From Vulcanimicrobiota bacterium (GTDB taxonomy: Bacteria > Vulcanimicrobiota > SpSt-956 > JAKJGF01), in assembly GCA_040217665.1 (NCBI GenBank), contig JBEHWP010000001.1, positions 1 to 57,025 on the forward strand: a stretch of 57,025 nt of DNA, written 5' to 3'. The position numbers and the translations under genes were made by a program. Below, in pieces: positions 36,967 through 45,161 of this stretch (position 1 is the first letter of the stretch; each line of letters opens with the position of its first letter). The notes below the pieces were generated by a model. That model was not told where the DNA came from, made no database searches, and saw nothing but the letters and a program-made list of their open reading frames with translations.

Positions 36967-37200
36967 CTATTTATTGGTACGGGTTCCGTCCAGGTAAGAC
37001 ATGATCAGCTTTATTTCTTCCTGCATCTGTTCCACTCTGTTTCTTGCAAGTTCGCGGAAATGTCCTTCACTCTCTGCAGTAGTCAGCGTCTCCTGGAATA
37101 TATCACTTATGGATTTATTCGGAGCTATTTGAATTAATTTTTTCAGTTTTGCATCATTTAATTGCTTCAGGTTCATAAGCAAAACTCCCTCAATCAACAA
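36967..37200 (-). CDS. Small hypothetical protein
   Basis: The likely start is ATG 37176 (MNLKQLND), after GAGGGAG. Helical and charged, with no motif. Confidence 0.4.
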   Translation of the reverse strand: MLIEGVLLMNLKQLNDAKLKKLIQIAPNKSISDIFQETLTTAESEGHFRELARNRVEQMQEEIKLIMSYLDGTRTNK

Positions 37201-37376
37201 ACAAAATTTTTTTTATAAAGTTCAGACAGAATTCTCCGTGCCCTACAGTAAGTTTACATAAAAGATATAGGTTTGTCAAATTTATCTGAAAATTTTTTGA
37301 ATTCTATAATAAATTTTGTGTATAATCTGTTAAATTCCTGTTTCATGTCTTCACAGAAAACCTTATAGATTCATAT

Positions 37377-40166
37377 TTATCTCTTTTTTTTACTCCCTTT
37401 TCTCTTATGAGAAGATTTCTTCCTGCTATTCAGTTTTCTCTTCAATGCAGAAGTATATTCGTGTAAACTTCTCATATAATTTTCATTATAGGGAGCAAGT
37501 TCCATAGCCCTCTTTACAGCTTCTACAGCCCAGTCAAACTTGCCAAGGCTATAATAGGCAAGGGATAAATTATAATGAGCATTTGCAAAATCAGGGTTTT
37601 CCTCCAGAGCTATTTTATATTCCTTTATGGCAAGATTGAATTTTCCCCTGTTATAATATACACATCCCAGATTATTATGGGCCAGAGAAAAAGCAGGGTC
37701 AAGCTCTATAGCCCTCTTATGATATTCCATAGCCTCATCAAGATTTCCCATACAATAATAAACTTCTCCCAGCGTATTATAAACTTTTGGATTGGCCGGG
37801 AATAATTGAAGGGATTTATTGTAAGCCTCAATAGCTTCATTAAAGAGTCTTAATTTTTGATAGGCATTTCCCAGATTGGAATAAGCAAGATCATATAAAG
37901 GATTAAGTTCTATGGCTTTTTTATAGTATTCAATAGATTTTTCCGATGCTCCATGATTACAGTAATAACATCCGAGATTGTTATATGCTACAGGATAATA
38001 TGGCGCAAGTTCAATAGCTTTTTCATAATGGTCCCTTGCTTCATCCACAAATTCACAGCTATATAAAAATTCACCGTAACTGTTATGAAGAAAAGCCTGA
38101 TCAGGGTTTTTTTCAAAAGCCATTCTATAAATCTTCCTGGCTTCTGCCGTTTTGCCAAGCTTATAATATGAAAGAGCCAGATTTTCCCATGCAATCATAT
38201 AGGTCGTTGATAATTCTACTGTTTTCTGGTAATATTCTATAGCTTTAGGATAGTCCTGAAGATTATAATAAGTAGTTCCAAGGTTGTTATAAGCCAGATA
38301 ATAGGATGGCTCAAGCTGAATGGCTTTTTTATAATATTTAATTGCCCCTTCTATATCTGATTGTTCATAATAAATTTCACCGAGATTTCTGTAAATAAAT
38401 GCATCGGTAATACCAAGGTCAATGAGTATGTTATATTCTTCTATAGACTTATCAAGCTCTCTTAACCTGTAATAAATGGAAGCAAGATTCAGGTGAGCGA
38501 GAGCAAATTTCTCATTTAATTCTATGGCTTTTTTATACTGTATACCTGCTTCATGGAGTTTATCCTGCCTGAAATAAACACAGCCAAGATTATTATAGGC
38601 CATAGAAAAATTTTCATCCAGTTCTATAGCTTTTTTGAACTCTTCTTCTGCTTCAGGCAATTTTTCAAACTGCAGATAAAGCTGTCCCAGTTTGTTATGA
38701 ATGGAAGGAACAGAAGGGGAAATCTCCAGAGCTTTTGTATAGTTTTCCAGTGCAAGCTCGAAATTCCCCATTTCATAATAAATTTTACCGAGTCCTCCAT
38801 ATGCCACTGTATCACAGGGGTCATATTCAATTAATTTTTTATATTCTTCAATAGCAAGTTCTGTCTGTCCGTGGTTACGATAAGCCAGGGCTATATTTCT
38901 CCTTATAACTGCACAGTCAGGTTCTATGTCCAGGGCTTTCTCAAAATATTCTATAGCTGATTGAATATCATTCTGTTCATAAAGTATAAGAGCAAGATCA
39001 TTATAGGCCATTGATGATTCTGGCTCCAGATCAATTAATTTCTTATATTCTTCAATGGCAAGATCTATTTTTTTCTGCTCATAATAAAGATTGGCCAGAT
39101 TCCTGTGAGTCTCTACGAGATCGGGATCTATATGGAGAGCCCTCCTGTATTCCATAAGAGCTTCATCAATGTTACCCTGACGATAATAAACGAGACCCAG
39201 ATTATTTCTTATCATACCATCTTCATTTAATTCCATAGCCATATTATACTGTGCTATGGCTTCATCATATTTTTCCATTAAATAATAAGTATAGCCCAGA
39301 TCATTATGTATTGAAGGATCCTCCGAAGACAGGTCTATAGCTTTTTTATAATGTTCTACAGCTTCTTCATACTGGCCGAAAGCACGGTAAGTACAGGCAA
39401 GATTATAATAAGTAATGGCATAATCAGGCCTTATTTCTATGGATTTTTTATAATTTTCCAGTGATAAATCTCTATTGCCCAGTTCCAGATAGGTAAGACC
39501 GAGATTATTATAAGCAGATGCCAGTGCAGGATCCCATTCTATAGCTTTCTTATACGCTTCTATAGCTTCATCATATTTTGCATCATTATAAAGTATCAGT
39601 CCCTTTGAATTGTATTCTATAGCTTTAGAAGCTTTTTCTTCTATATGTTTGAGCCTTGCATCAACAATCTTATTGTAAAGCTCTGTTCTCACAGTATAAA
39701 GAGATTCATAGGGTACTTCATAAAGTTCTGTAACAGAACCTCTGATAGAGTTCCTCACAGGTTCTTCCTGACAATCAGGCTCTCCGTAACAAAGAAAAGG
39801 AGACACATTTATGTGTGGCGGAAGAGGTAAATTATGAAAATAGGCATATTTCGTGCTTTCAAAAAAACACCTGTTACAGCGATATATATATACTTTACAA
39901 GGAATATTCGGAGCAACAGAGGGTTGAACAGGTTCTGCTCTGTCCTCCTGTTCCGACATATCACCGGTCTTAACGGTTTCTGCCACTGCTCCTCGAAAAA
40001 CCTTTCCATGAGGTTCTTCTGTTTTAAAATATCCATCTAACCTGCGTAAAAATTGTTCCTTTAGTTTTTTAAACTCCGGAAGACTTTCTTTACGGGCAAG
40101 TAAAAGTTCTTTTTTTATAGACTTATTTCCACAGGCAGGGCATCTGCCAAATAACGTTCCTAACAT
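37377..40166 (-). CDS. Large TPR-repeat protein with N-terminal zinc-ribbon-like Cys pairs
   Basis: 929 aa. N-terminal CPACGNK ... YRCNRCFFES, then more than 20 consecutive 34-aa TPR units (AYNNLG..Y...g.y.eAie.YkKAieL.P). Basic C-terminal tail. Confidence 0.8.
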   Translation of the reverse strand: MLGTLFGRCPACGNKSIKKELLLARKESLPEFKKLKEQFLRRLDGYFKTEEPHGKVFRGAVAETVKTGDMSEQEDRAEPVQPSVAPNIPCKVYIYRCNRCFFESTKYAYFHNLPLPPHINVSPFLCYGEPDCQEEPVRNSIRGSVTELYEVPYESLYTVRTELYNKIVDARLKHIEEKASKAIEYNSKGLILYNDAKYDEAIEAYKKAIEWDPALASAYNNLGLTYLELGNRDLSLENYKKSIEIRPDYAITYYNLACTYRAFGQYEEAVEHYKKAIDLSSEDPSIHNDLGYTYYLMEKYDEAIAQYNMAMELNEDGMIRNNLGLVYYRQGNIDEALMEYRRALHIDPDLVETHRNLANLYYEQKKIDLAIEEYKKLIDLEPESSMAYNDLALILYEQNDIQSAIEYFEKALDIEPDCAVIRRNIALAYRNHGQTELAIEEYKKLIEYDPCDTVAYGGLGKIYYEMGNFELALENYTKALEISPSVPSIHNKLGQLYLQFEKLPEAEEEFKKAIELDENFSMAYNNLGCVYFRQDKLHEAGIQYKKAIELNEKFALAHLNLASIYYRLRELDKSIEEYNILIDLGITDAFIYRNLGEIYYEQSDIEGAIKYYKKAIQLEPSYYLAYNNLGTTYYNLQDYPKAIEYYQKTVELSTTYMIAWENLALSYYKLGKTAEARKIYRMAFEKNPDQAFLHNSYGEFLYSCEFVDEARDHYEKAIELAPYYPVAYNNLGCYYCNHGASEKSIEYYKKAIELNPLYDLAYSNLGNAYQKLRLFNEAIEAYNKSLQLFPANPKVYNTLGEVYYCMGNLDEAMEYHKRAIELDPAFSLAHNNLGCVYYNRGKFNLAIKEYKIALEENPDFANAHYNLSLAYYSLGKFDWAVEAVKRAMELAPYNENYMRSLHEYTSALKRKLNSRKKSSHKRKGSKKKR

Positions 40167-40232
40167 ATAATTTCCCCTAAAAATAATTTAAATAAAAATA
40201 TGAGTCCAGTGTCTTTAGAAGGGGAAAACATA

Positions 40233-40490
40233 TCAGCAGGTAAGATATCCTTTAATAGCGTGTCTATATATAAGGCATTCCTTATCATCTGAAATTGAAA
40301 GTTTTATATTCCATCTGTCAAACCACTGAATACGGCCTTTTACCTTCTCTCCGTCTCTGAAGATAATCTCTATATCTTTATTGTTTTCTACAAGGTCATT
40401 GAAAAACTTCGTAGTCAGATGTTCTGTTTCAATCTGAGGATCTTTATCCTGTTTGACGTCAGTTTTTTCTGTTTCACAGGTTTCAGTCAT
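40233..40490 (-). CDS. hfq: Hfq-like (Sm-fold) RNA chaperone with an acidic N-terminal extension
   Basis: FFNDLVENNKDIEIIFRDGEKVKGRIQWFDRWNIKLSISDDKECLIYRHAIKGY aligns by eye with E. coli Hfq [50 protein letters not shown], including the FD and Y(K/R)HAI motifs. AAAGGA lies upstream of the ATG. Confidence 0.55.
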   Translation of the reverse strand: MTETCETEKTDVKQDKDPQIETEHLTTKFFNDLVENNKDIEIIFRDGEKVKGRIQWFDRWNIKLSISDDKECLIYRHAIKGYLTC

Positions 40491-40581
40491 TATACTATCC
40501 TTTCTAAACTGAAATAATACCGATAGAACTGAAAAATTCTACAAGAAATAGAAAATTCCTTTTATAATAATCTATTGTTTA

Positions 40582-41355
40582 TCAGGGACATGTTCTGGAA
40601 AAAGAGACTTCATTTCTGTCCAGGAAAAGGGACACACAGGTTCCCGGTATTACAAGAGACAGAGGCATTTCCTTTGTAGAAGGAAAATCAAGGCTGCCTG
40701 TAGCATAAATGAGACCTGTAAGATTACCGGCCGTATCAAACATACCGGAACCAGAACTACCAGGTTTTATATCCATTCTGAATCCCATAACCTGTCTGCC
40801 CTTGTCATTTAATACCTTATAAATCAATCTCCCTGAAGAGATATTATTCCATGGATCTTCCGGATTTACAGATGCATAATAAAATTCCTGACCACTGTAG
40901 GTACCGCTGTTATCGACTGTTGTAACTGTATTAAAATTGCATGTTTCATATGGCTGTATTAAAGCTAAATCACGCCATTTATCCACATCTATTACCCTGG
41001 CGGGAAAAGATTTCTTTTTCCCCTTACATAACAATACAACTGTTATAGAATCTGCAACCTTTCCTTCCGATATGCCACAGGCTCTGGCTGTTTCACTGCT
41101 TACGGAAATACAATGGTAACATGTAAGAATATGTCCCTGAGGCGAGACAAGGACTCCGAGAGAATTACTCTGTTCCACAGGCACAGATGTTCTGTTTTTT
41201 ACAACAGTCCAGAACATGTCAAGTCTGACAATAGAATTATTGATTCTCTCCGTACTGTTATCGGCATAGGTGGCAGAGATAAATAGAGAAAAAATTAACA
41301 ATATGAATATAATACTCATACAAGAAACAACTGAATATAATGGTTTATTCATCAA
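40582..41355 (-). CDS. Exported trypsin-like (S1/chymotrypsin-fold) serine protease
   Basis: Signal/TM: VVSCMSIIFILLIFSLFISATYA. Catalytic triad candidates: GHILTCYHCI (His), WRDLALIQ (Asp), KPGSSGSGMFD (Ser). Confidence 0.7.
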   Translation of the reverse strand: MMNKPLYSVVSCMSIIFILLIFSLFISATYADNSTERINNSIVRLDMFWTVVKNRTSVPVEQSNSLGVLVSPQGHILTCYHCISVSSETARACGISEGKVADSITVVLLCKGKKKSFPARVIDVDKWRDLALIQPYETCNFNTVTTVDNSGTYSGQEFYYASVNPEDPWNNISSGRLIYKVLNDKGRQVMGFRMDIKPGSSGSGMFDTAGNLTGLIYATGSLDFPSTKEMPLSLVIPGTCVSLFLDRNEVSFSRTCP

Positions 41356-41372
41356 TAATTACAACTTTCATT

Positions 41373-42215
41373 TTATCTATATTCTGGCACGATATAATCT
41401 TCATGATAACATTCAGAAAAATCGAGACCTGTTTCCGGGAAATTCTCCAGAAAACACAGAGCATAAAACCTGAAAAACGTATGAATGGGAATAAAGGGAA
41501 CAAGAAATAAATAAGAAATTACCATAATTATGCAGAATATCAAGAGACTTCCGATAATGCCTGCTATAATGCCGAGAGTAACATTTTTCATAAAGAGAAA
41601 CACAACACCTGCTCCGATACCTATTGCTATGATTACAAGAGGTATATACACAACAGCCAGAACTATAACAGCGGGAATCAGCAGAACAATACTGAGAAAA
41701 GCACCGGCTGCGACAAAAGCAGCTTTCAGGGCATAATAGATGAGAAACTGAAAGGGATAATTCAGTATTAATCTTGCAAGAAAAGCAATAGAACCTGATA
41801 TTCCCATATCTCTGGCATAGGAAATCGGACAGGCAAAATCATATGTGAGAGAATATATAATACTGGATATTATAGCAAGTATGAGAAAGGCTATAAAAGA
41901 AAGTATAAAATTCGGAATAATGGTCCAGATTGCAAGAGTGGCCTGTGGATTATTTATTATATGCCATAGATGCAAAAAAAGCGGGATAAATATAATAATC
42001 GTAACTATAAAAAACACTGCTCCAACAAGGATATTGAAAAGGAAAAGAGAAAGACCTTTATTCTTATTACTGTTAAAGCTTCTTATAATAGATACATGTC
42101 TCTGTATTAATGATTCCATAAATACGAAAAACATATTGGCCCTTATATAAGAAATCACTAAAGATATAGCAGTAACCATTATAACAGACAGAGCGATTAA
42201 AAGATAAATCAACAC
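41373..42215 (-). CDS. Polytopic membrane protein (about 7 TM segments), probably the C-terminal part of a longer gene
   Basis: 280-aa hydrophobic ORF that begins at a GTG with no obvious SD. The frame stays open for 25 more codons upstream, up to a single TGA, and is the same frame as ORF 42291-42482. Confidence 0.6.
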   Translation of the reverse strand: MLIYLLIALSVIMVTAISLVISYIRANMFFVFMESLIQRHVSIIRSFNSNKNKGLSLFLFNILVGAVFFIVTIIIFIPLFLHLWHIINNPQATLAIWTIIPNFILSFIAFLILAIISSIIYSLTYDFACPISYARDMGISGSIAFLARLILNYPFQFLIYYALKAAFVAAGAFLSIVLLIPAVIVLAVVYIPLVIIAIGIGAGVVFLFMKNVTLGIIAGIIGSLLIFCIIMVISYLFLVPFIPIHTFFRFYALCFLENFPETGLDFSECYHEDYIVPEYR

Positions 42216-42256
42216 ACTGTGGTCTCTGTAAAATGCTTGTAGATTTTCCAGATTCT

Positions 42257-42275
42257 GTCTCAGACCCTCTGAGAC
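42257..42275 (-). other. Perfect 8-bp stem / 3-nt loop hairpin 15 nt downstream of the in-frame UGA
   Basis: Minus-strand RNA: UGA GGGUCGUCUGAUAAU GUCUCAGA GGG UCUGAGAC. The arms at 42268-42275 and 42257-42264 are exact complements. Confidence 0.6.
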
Positions 42276-42290
42276 ATTATCAGACGACCC

Positions 42291-42482
42291 TCACCCGCCG
42301 CCACTGCCGCTGGTACTACCTCCGTTATAACCACTGCCGCAGCTGGCTCCTGCCTGCTGTAATACTCCGCCAAGAAAACCTGCCAGACTCAATTCAAATA
42401 ATTTCCTCCAGCTGAAGGGATGGAGAAAAAAAAGTTTTGTTCTCCTGAAAGCTTCATACATAGCTTTCTCTGCATAAAGCAT
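42291..42482 (-). CDS. N-terminal segment (amphipathic/TM helix plus Gly/Ser-rich linker) of the downstream membrane protein, cut off by one in-frame TGA
   Basis: MLYAEKAMYEAFRRTKLFFLHPFSWRKLFELSLAGFLGGVLQQAGASCGSGYNGGSTSGSGGG(TGA)GSSDNVSEGLRQNLENLQAFYRDHSV-LIYLL... The frame is shared: 42482 minus 42215 = 267 = 89 codons. Confidence 0.45.
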   Translation of the reverse strand: MLYAEKAMYEAFRRTKLFFLHPFSWRKLFELSLAGFLGGVLQQAGASCGSGYNGGSTSGSGGG

Positions 42483-42507
42483 TTATATAAGCACCTCCTT
42501 GAAAAAT

Positions 42508-42528
42508 CGTAATGCGTAACGCATAACG
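42508..42528 (-). other. 9-bp hairpin (one A-A mismatch) built from GTAAYG words, between the PD40 gene and the interrupted membrane-protein gene
   Basis: In cgtaatgcgtaacgcataacg, positions 1-9 pair with 21-13, with loop taa. Confidence 0.5.
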
Positions 42529-42551
42529 TGTGAACACTGATTATTAACATT

Positions 42552-43568
42552 TTACCACCAGAAGGGATAAAAATCATCGGCTTTACTTCTGGTAAGATTT
42601 TTAATGTGTGAGCCGTCAAAATTCATTATATAAATATCCCATGAACCGGTTCTGTCAGAAGCAAAAACTATTTTATTTCCGTCAGGAGACCATACGGGAG
42701 TAGTATCCTCTCCCGGTTCATCTGTAAGATTCACCCTGTACCATCTATCCCATTTTCTATCCCATGTAATTCTATAAATTTCTTTATTTCCATGTTCACG
42801 GGAAACATAAAGTATGGAATAGCCGTCAGGAGACCATTTCGGCGCAGCCTCTTTATCACATTTTTTATCCAGAACACAGGGAGAATATCCTTTTGAAGAA
42901 ATTATCTGTAAATCTGCAAACTCCTGATGATGGGTAAGAAAAACAATATCCCTGCCATCGGGAGCAAAGGACGGAAAATAATCATCATCTTCACTGCTGG
43001 TCAGGCGGTTGAGAGATTTCCCTTCAGGTGTCATGGTATAAATCTCATTATTTCCTTTTATCCATGATTCAAAAACAATTAATTTTCCGTCTTTCGACCA
43101 GTCAGGATGACCGTCATAAACATTGTTTTTCGTCAGTCTCACCTTTTTTGAATTACTTATGGTCATGACATAAATCTCAGGATTACCGTCTCCGTCTGTT
43201 TCGTAAATAATTTTTTTACCGTCACCAGACCAGCAGAAGGAAGGCGCATAATCATAGGCCTGATTGGTTGTAAGTCTTTCCGGCTCTGTCCCGTTTTTCT
43301 TCATGATATAAATATCTGGATTACCGCCTCTTGTAGAAATAAACCCTATATATTTACCGTCAGGAGAGCCGACAGGCATGGAATCACCTTCACTGTTATC
43401 GGTAAGTCTCTTTCTGGAAGAACCGTCCTGTTTAATGGAATAAATATCATAATTTCCGTTTAAATCTGTAACATAAAGAATGAGATTAGGTACTTTTGAA
43501 GCTCCCATAGAAATGGTACATATGATAGAAAAGATAATAAGAAAACAGATAAAATTTTTCATAATCAA
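42552..43568 (-). CDS. Exported PD40/TolB-like beta-propeller protein
   Basis: Signal peptide MKNFICFLIIFSIICTISMGA. Repeated units of the form SPDGKYIGFIS...PDIYIMKKNGT..RLT. Confidence 0.75.
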   Translation of the reverse strand: MIMKNFICFLIIFSIICTISMGASKVPNLILYVTDLNGNYDIYSIKQDGSSRKRLTDNSEGDSMPVGSPDGKYIGFISTRGGNPDIYIMKKNGTEPERLTTNQAYDYAPSFCWSGDGKKIIYETDGDGNPEIYVMTISNSKKVRLTKNNVYDGHPDWSKDGKLIVFESWIKGNNEIYTMTPEGKSLNRLTSSEDDDYFPSFAPDGRDIVFLTHHQEFADLQIISSKGYSPCVLDKKCDKEAAPKWSPDGYSILYVSREHGNKEIYRITWDRKWDRWYRVNLTDEPGEDTTPVWSPDGNKIVFASDRTGSWDIYIMNFDGSHIKNLTRSKADDFYPFWW

Positions 43569-43608
43569 AATCCCCTCTGTAACAAATTAAAGGAAATATA
43601 GAAAAAAT

Positions 43609-43956
43609 CTATTTCTTTTTCCTGGTTTCCTGTTTCTTTAAAACCTTTCTTTCACGGGCAAGATTAACAAAATTATAGGAACATCTGTAACAAAAAATAT
43701 CTCTTGCAGCAGTTCTTTCGAAACAATCAGGGCACTGATTTTGGGGCACAGGCGGGCGATAAAGGAAATATAATATCCATCCAGCCACAGGCAAAAGTAT
43801 TGCTACATAAGCCCACAGCAGAGCCCACATATTTCTGTTTCTGGCATCTTTATATATAGCCATGGCTACCAGGAGGATAAGAAAAACACCTGTGATTTCT
43901 ATTACAGTAATCAGTTTTTCCATAGAAATCATACTCCTCAAAACCACTCCGCCCAA
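43609..43956 (-). CDS. Small membrane protein: PLDc_N-like 2-TM module plus zinc ribbon
   Basis: The likely start is ATG 43923 (MEKLITV). AIYKDARNRNMWALLWAYVAILLPVAGWILYFLYRP, then CPDCFERTAARDIFCYRCSY. This is the same module order as the N-terminus of 20109-21098. Confidence 0.6.
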   Translation of the reverse strand: MGGVVLRSMISMEKLITVIEITGVFLILLVAMAIYKDARNRNMWALLWAYVAILLPVAGWILYFLYRPPVPQNQCPDCFERTAARDIFCYRCSYNFVNLARERKVLKKQETRKKK

Positions 43957-44416
43957 GCTGGTGGAGCTCAGCCGATGGTATCCAACATGACCTTAATCCA
44001 CCGGAAGTCAGGAAGAAAATTGCCTATACCCTGAATATAAACTATAAACATATTTTACCATAACATGGGGCTATTTAAAATAACTTTATATAAAACCTTT
44101 ATAATCTTTATTCACACTTTCCACGTCATGTCACATCACATGACTCACAAATCAAAAAAAAATATATAAAGGTTATAAAACATCGACAACATGTTTTTGT
44201 AATCTTTTCACAAAGAACTTGTAAGAAAATTCCTACATATATGATAAAAAATGCTATTGTAAAAAATTTACATCCTCGAAAGGACAGGCTGTAAAATTGT
44301 AAGATCTGTTTCTGAAAAACTCATAAAAAAGAATGAAAACGTTTTATGCCGGCAGAAGTAATGGTTTAATATTTGTTAAATAAAGGCCTATCAGGTTAAG
44401 GCTTTTATTTTTTACA

Positions 44417-44449
44417 AATAAAGAGACAGAAAATATCTGTCTCTTTATT
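44417..44449 (-). terminator. Intrinsic terminator-like hairpin downstream of the HAD phosphatase gene
   Basis: Perfect 13-bp stem aataaagagacag / ctgtctctttatt with a 7-nt loop and T-rich 3' arm ends, 63 nt beyond the stop codon at 44512. Confidence 0.65.
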
Positions 44450-44511
44450 CAAAAGCAATGTAAATCACCCAACAATGAATTGGTGGGCATCCTGCTTCTC
44501 AGACTAAACAA

Positions 44512-45129
44512 TTAACCGTGAAATCTTTTATTATGATCTGCGATAATAAAATCTGCAGCTTCCTTAAAATCTTTTACCATAACATCAGGTTTTATATCTA
44601 CCTTTTTATCCCTGCAACCTGAACCAGTTTCAAGTCCTATACTTACTACCTGCGGGTCTGCCTTCTCCCCTGCCGATATGTCTGTAGTCATATCGCCTAC
44701 CATATAGGATTTGGTAAGATCTATACCATGTTCTTCTGCAGCTTTCAGCAACATACCGGGATTAGGTTTTCTCATAGGATCTGTCTTATCATTGGTAGAA
44801 GCAAAATATATGGCATCAATATCTCCGCCGGCGCTTCTTATATCCTCCAGCATTTTATCGTCAATCTGTTTCAATTGCTCAACAGTCATAAAACCTGCCC
44901 CTATACCACCCTGGTTTGTCACAAGAATTTTAAGGAGATCCGTCTGTTTTGTAAGCTCTGCAAGTCCGTCTTTTGCCTGATCAAATAACACCAGATCTTC
45001 CGGTTTATTTACAGGAAGATAAGTACCGTCGGGTTTATTGCTCACATTTAGAGTGCCATCTCTATCCATAAATACTGCAGCTTTATTATGAAAACTCTTT
45101 CCTGATAAAGGAACTAACATTTTCTTCAC
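44512..45129 (-). CDS. HAD-IIIA family phosphatase (GmhB / histidinol-phosphatase-like)
   Basis: The likely start is ATG 45120, after AGAGG. Motif I: VFMDRDGTLN. Then ILVTNQGGIG, RKPNPGMLLKAAEEHGIDL and YMVGDMTTDISAGEKA. The GmhB zinc-binding Cys cluster is not seen, so I make only a family-level call. Confidence 0.7.
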   Translation of the reverse strand: MKKMLVPLSGKSFHNKAAVFMDRDGTLNVSNKPDGTYLPVNKPEDLVLFDQAKDGLAELTKQTDLLKILVTNQGGIGAGFMTVEQLKQIDDKMLEDIRSAGGDIDAIYFASTNDKTDPMRKPNPGMLLKAAEEHGIDLTKSYMVGDMTTDISAGEKADPQVVSIGLETGSGCRDKKVDIKPDVMVKDFKEAADFIIADHNKRFHG

Positions 45130-45138
45130 CTCTTTAAT

Positions 45139-45161
45139 ACCGTAACGAATGCGTTACCGGT
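45139..45161 (-). other. Short GC-rich hairpin (GTAACG-AAUG-CGTTAC core) between cinA and the phosphatase gene, just 5' of its RBS
   Basis: The sequence accgtaacgaatgcgttaccggt has a 6-bp core stem plus 3 outer pairs across a bulge. It is a member of the GTAACG-word element family. Confidence 0.5.

Noticed and set aside
42291-42293. The idea that TGA is a sense codon genome-wide (code 4 or code 25). It was prompted by the UGA sitting inside a glycine run.
   Set aside because: TGA clearly terminates several well-supported genes here (20110-20112, 35260-35262, 48584-48586, 40582-40584). In addition, ORFs of up to 1593 codons are TGA-free under the standard code.
43950-44040. A minus-strand CTCCACCA plus nearby stems, which looked like a tRNA/tmRNA 3' end. 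A CCGGAAG/CAGGAAG stretch also looked SRP-RNA-like.
   Set aside because: There is no T-arm (GTTCRAnnC) and no matching acceptor stem. The sequence does not match the conserved SRP helix-8 sequence. Part of the segment is simply the 5' region and RBS of gene 43609-43956.
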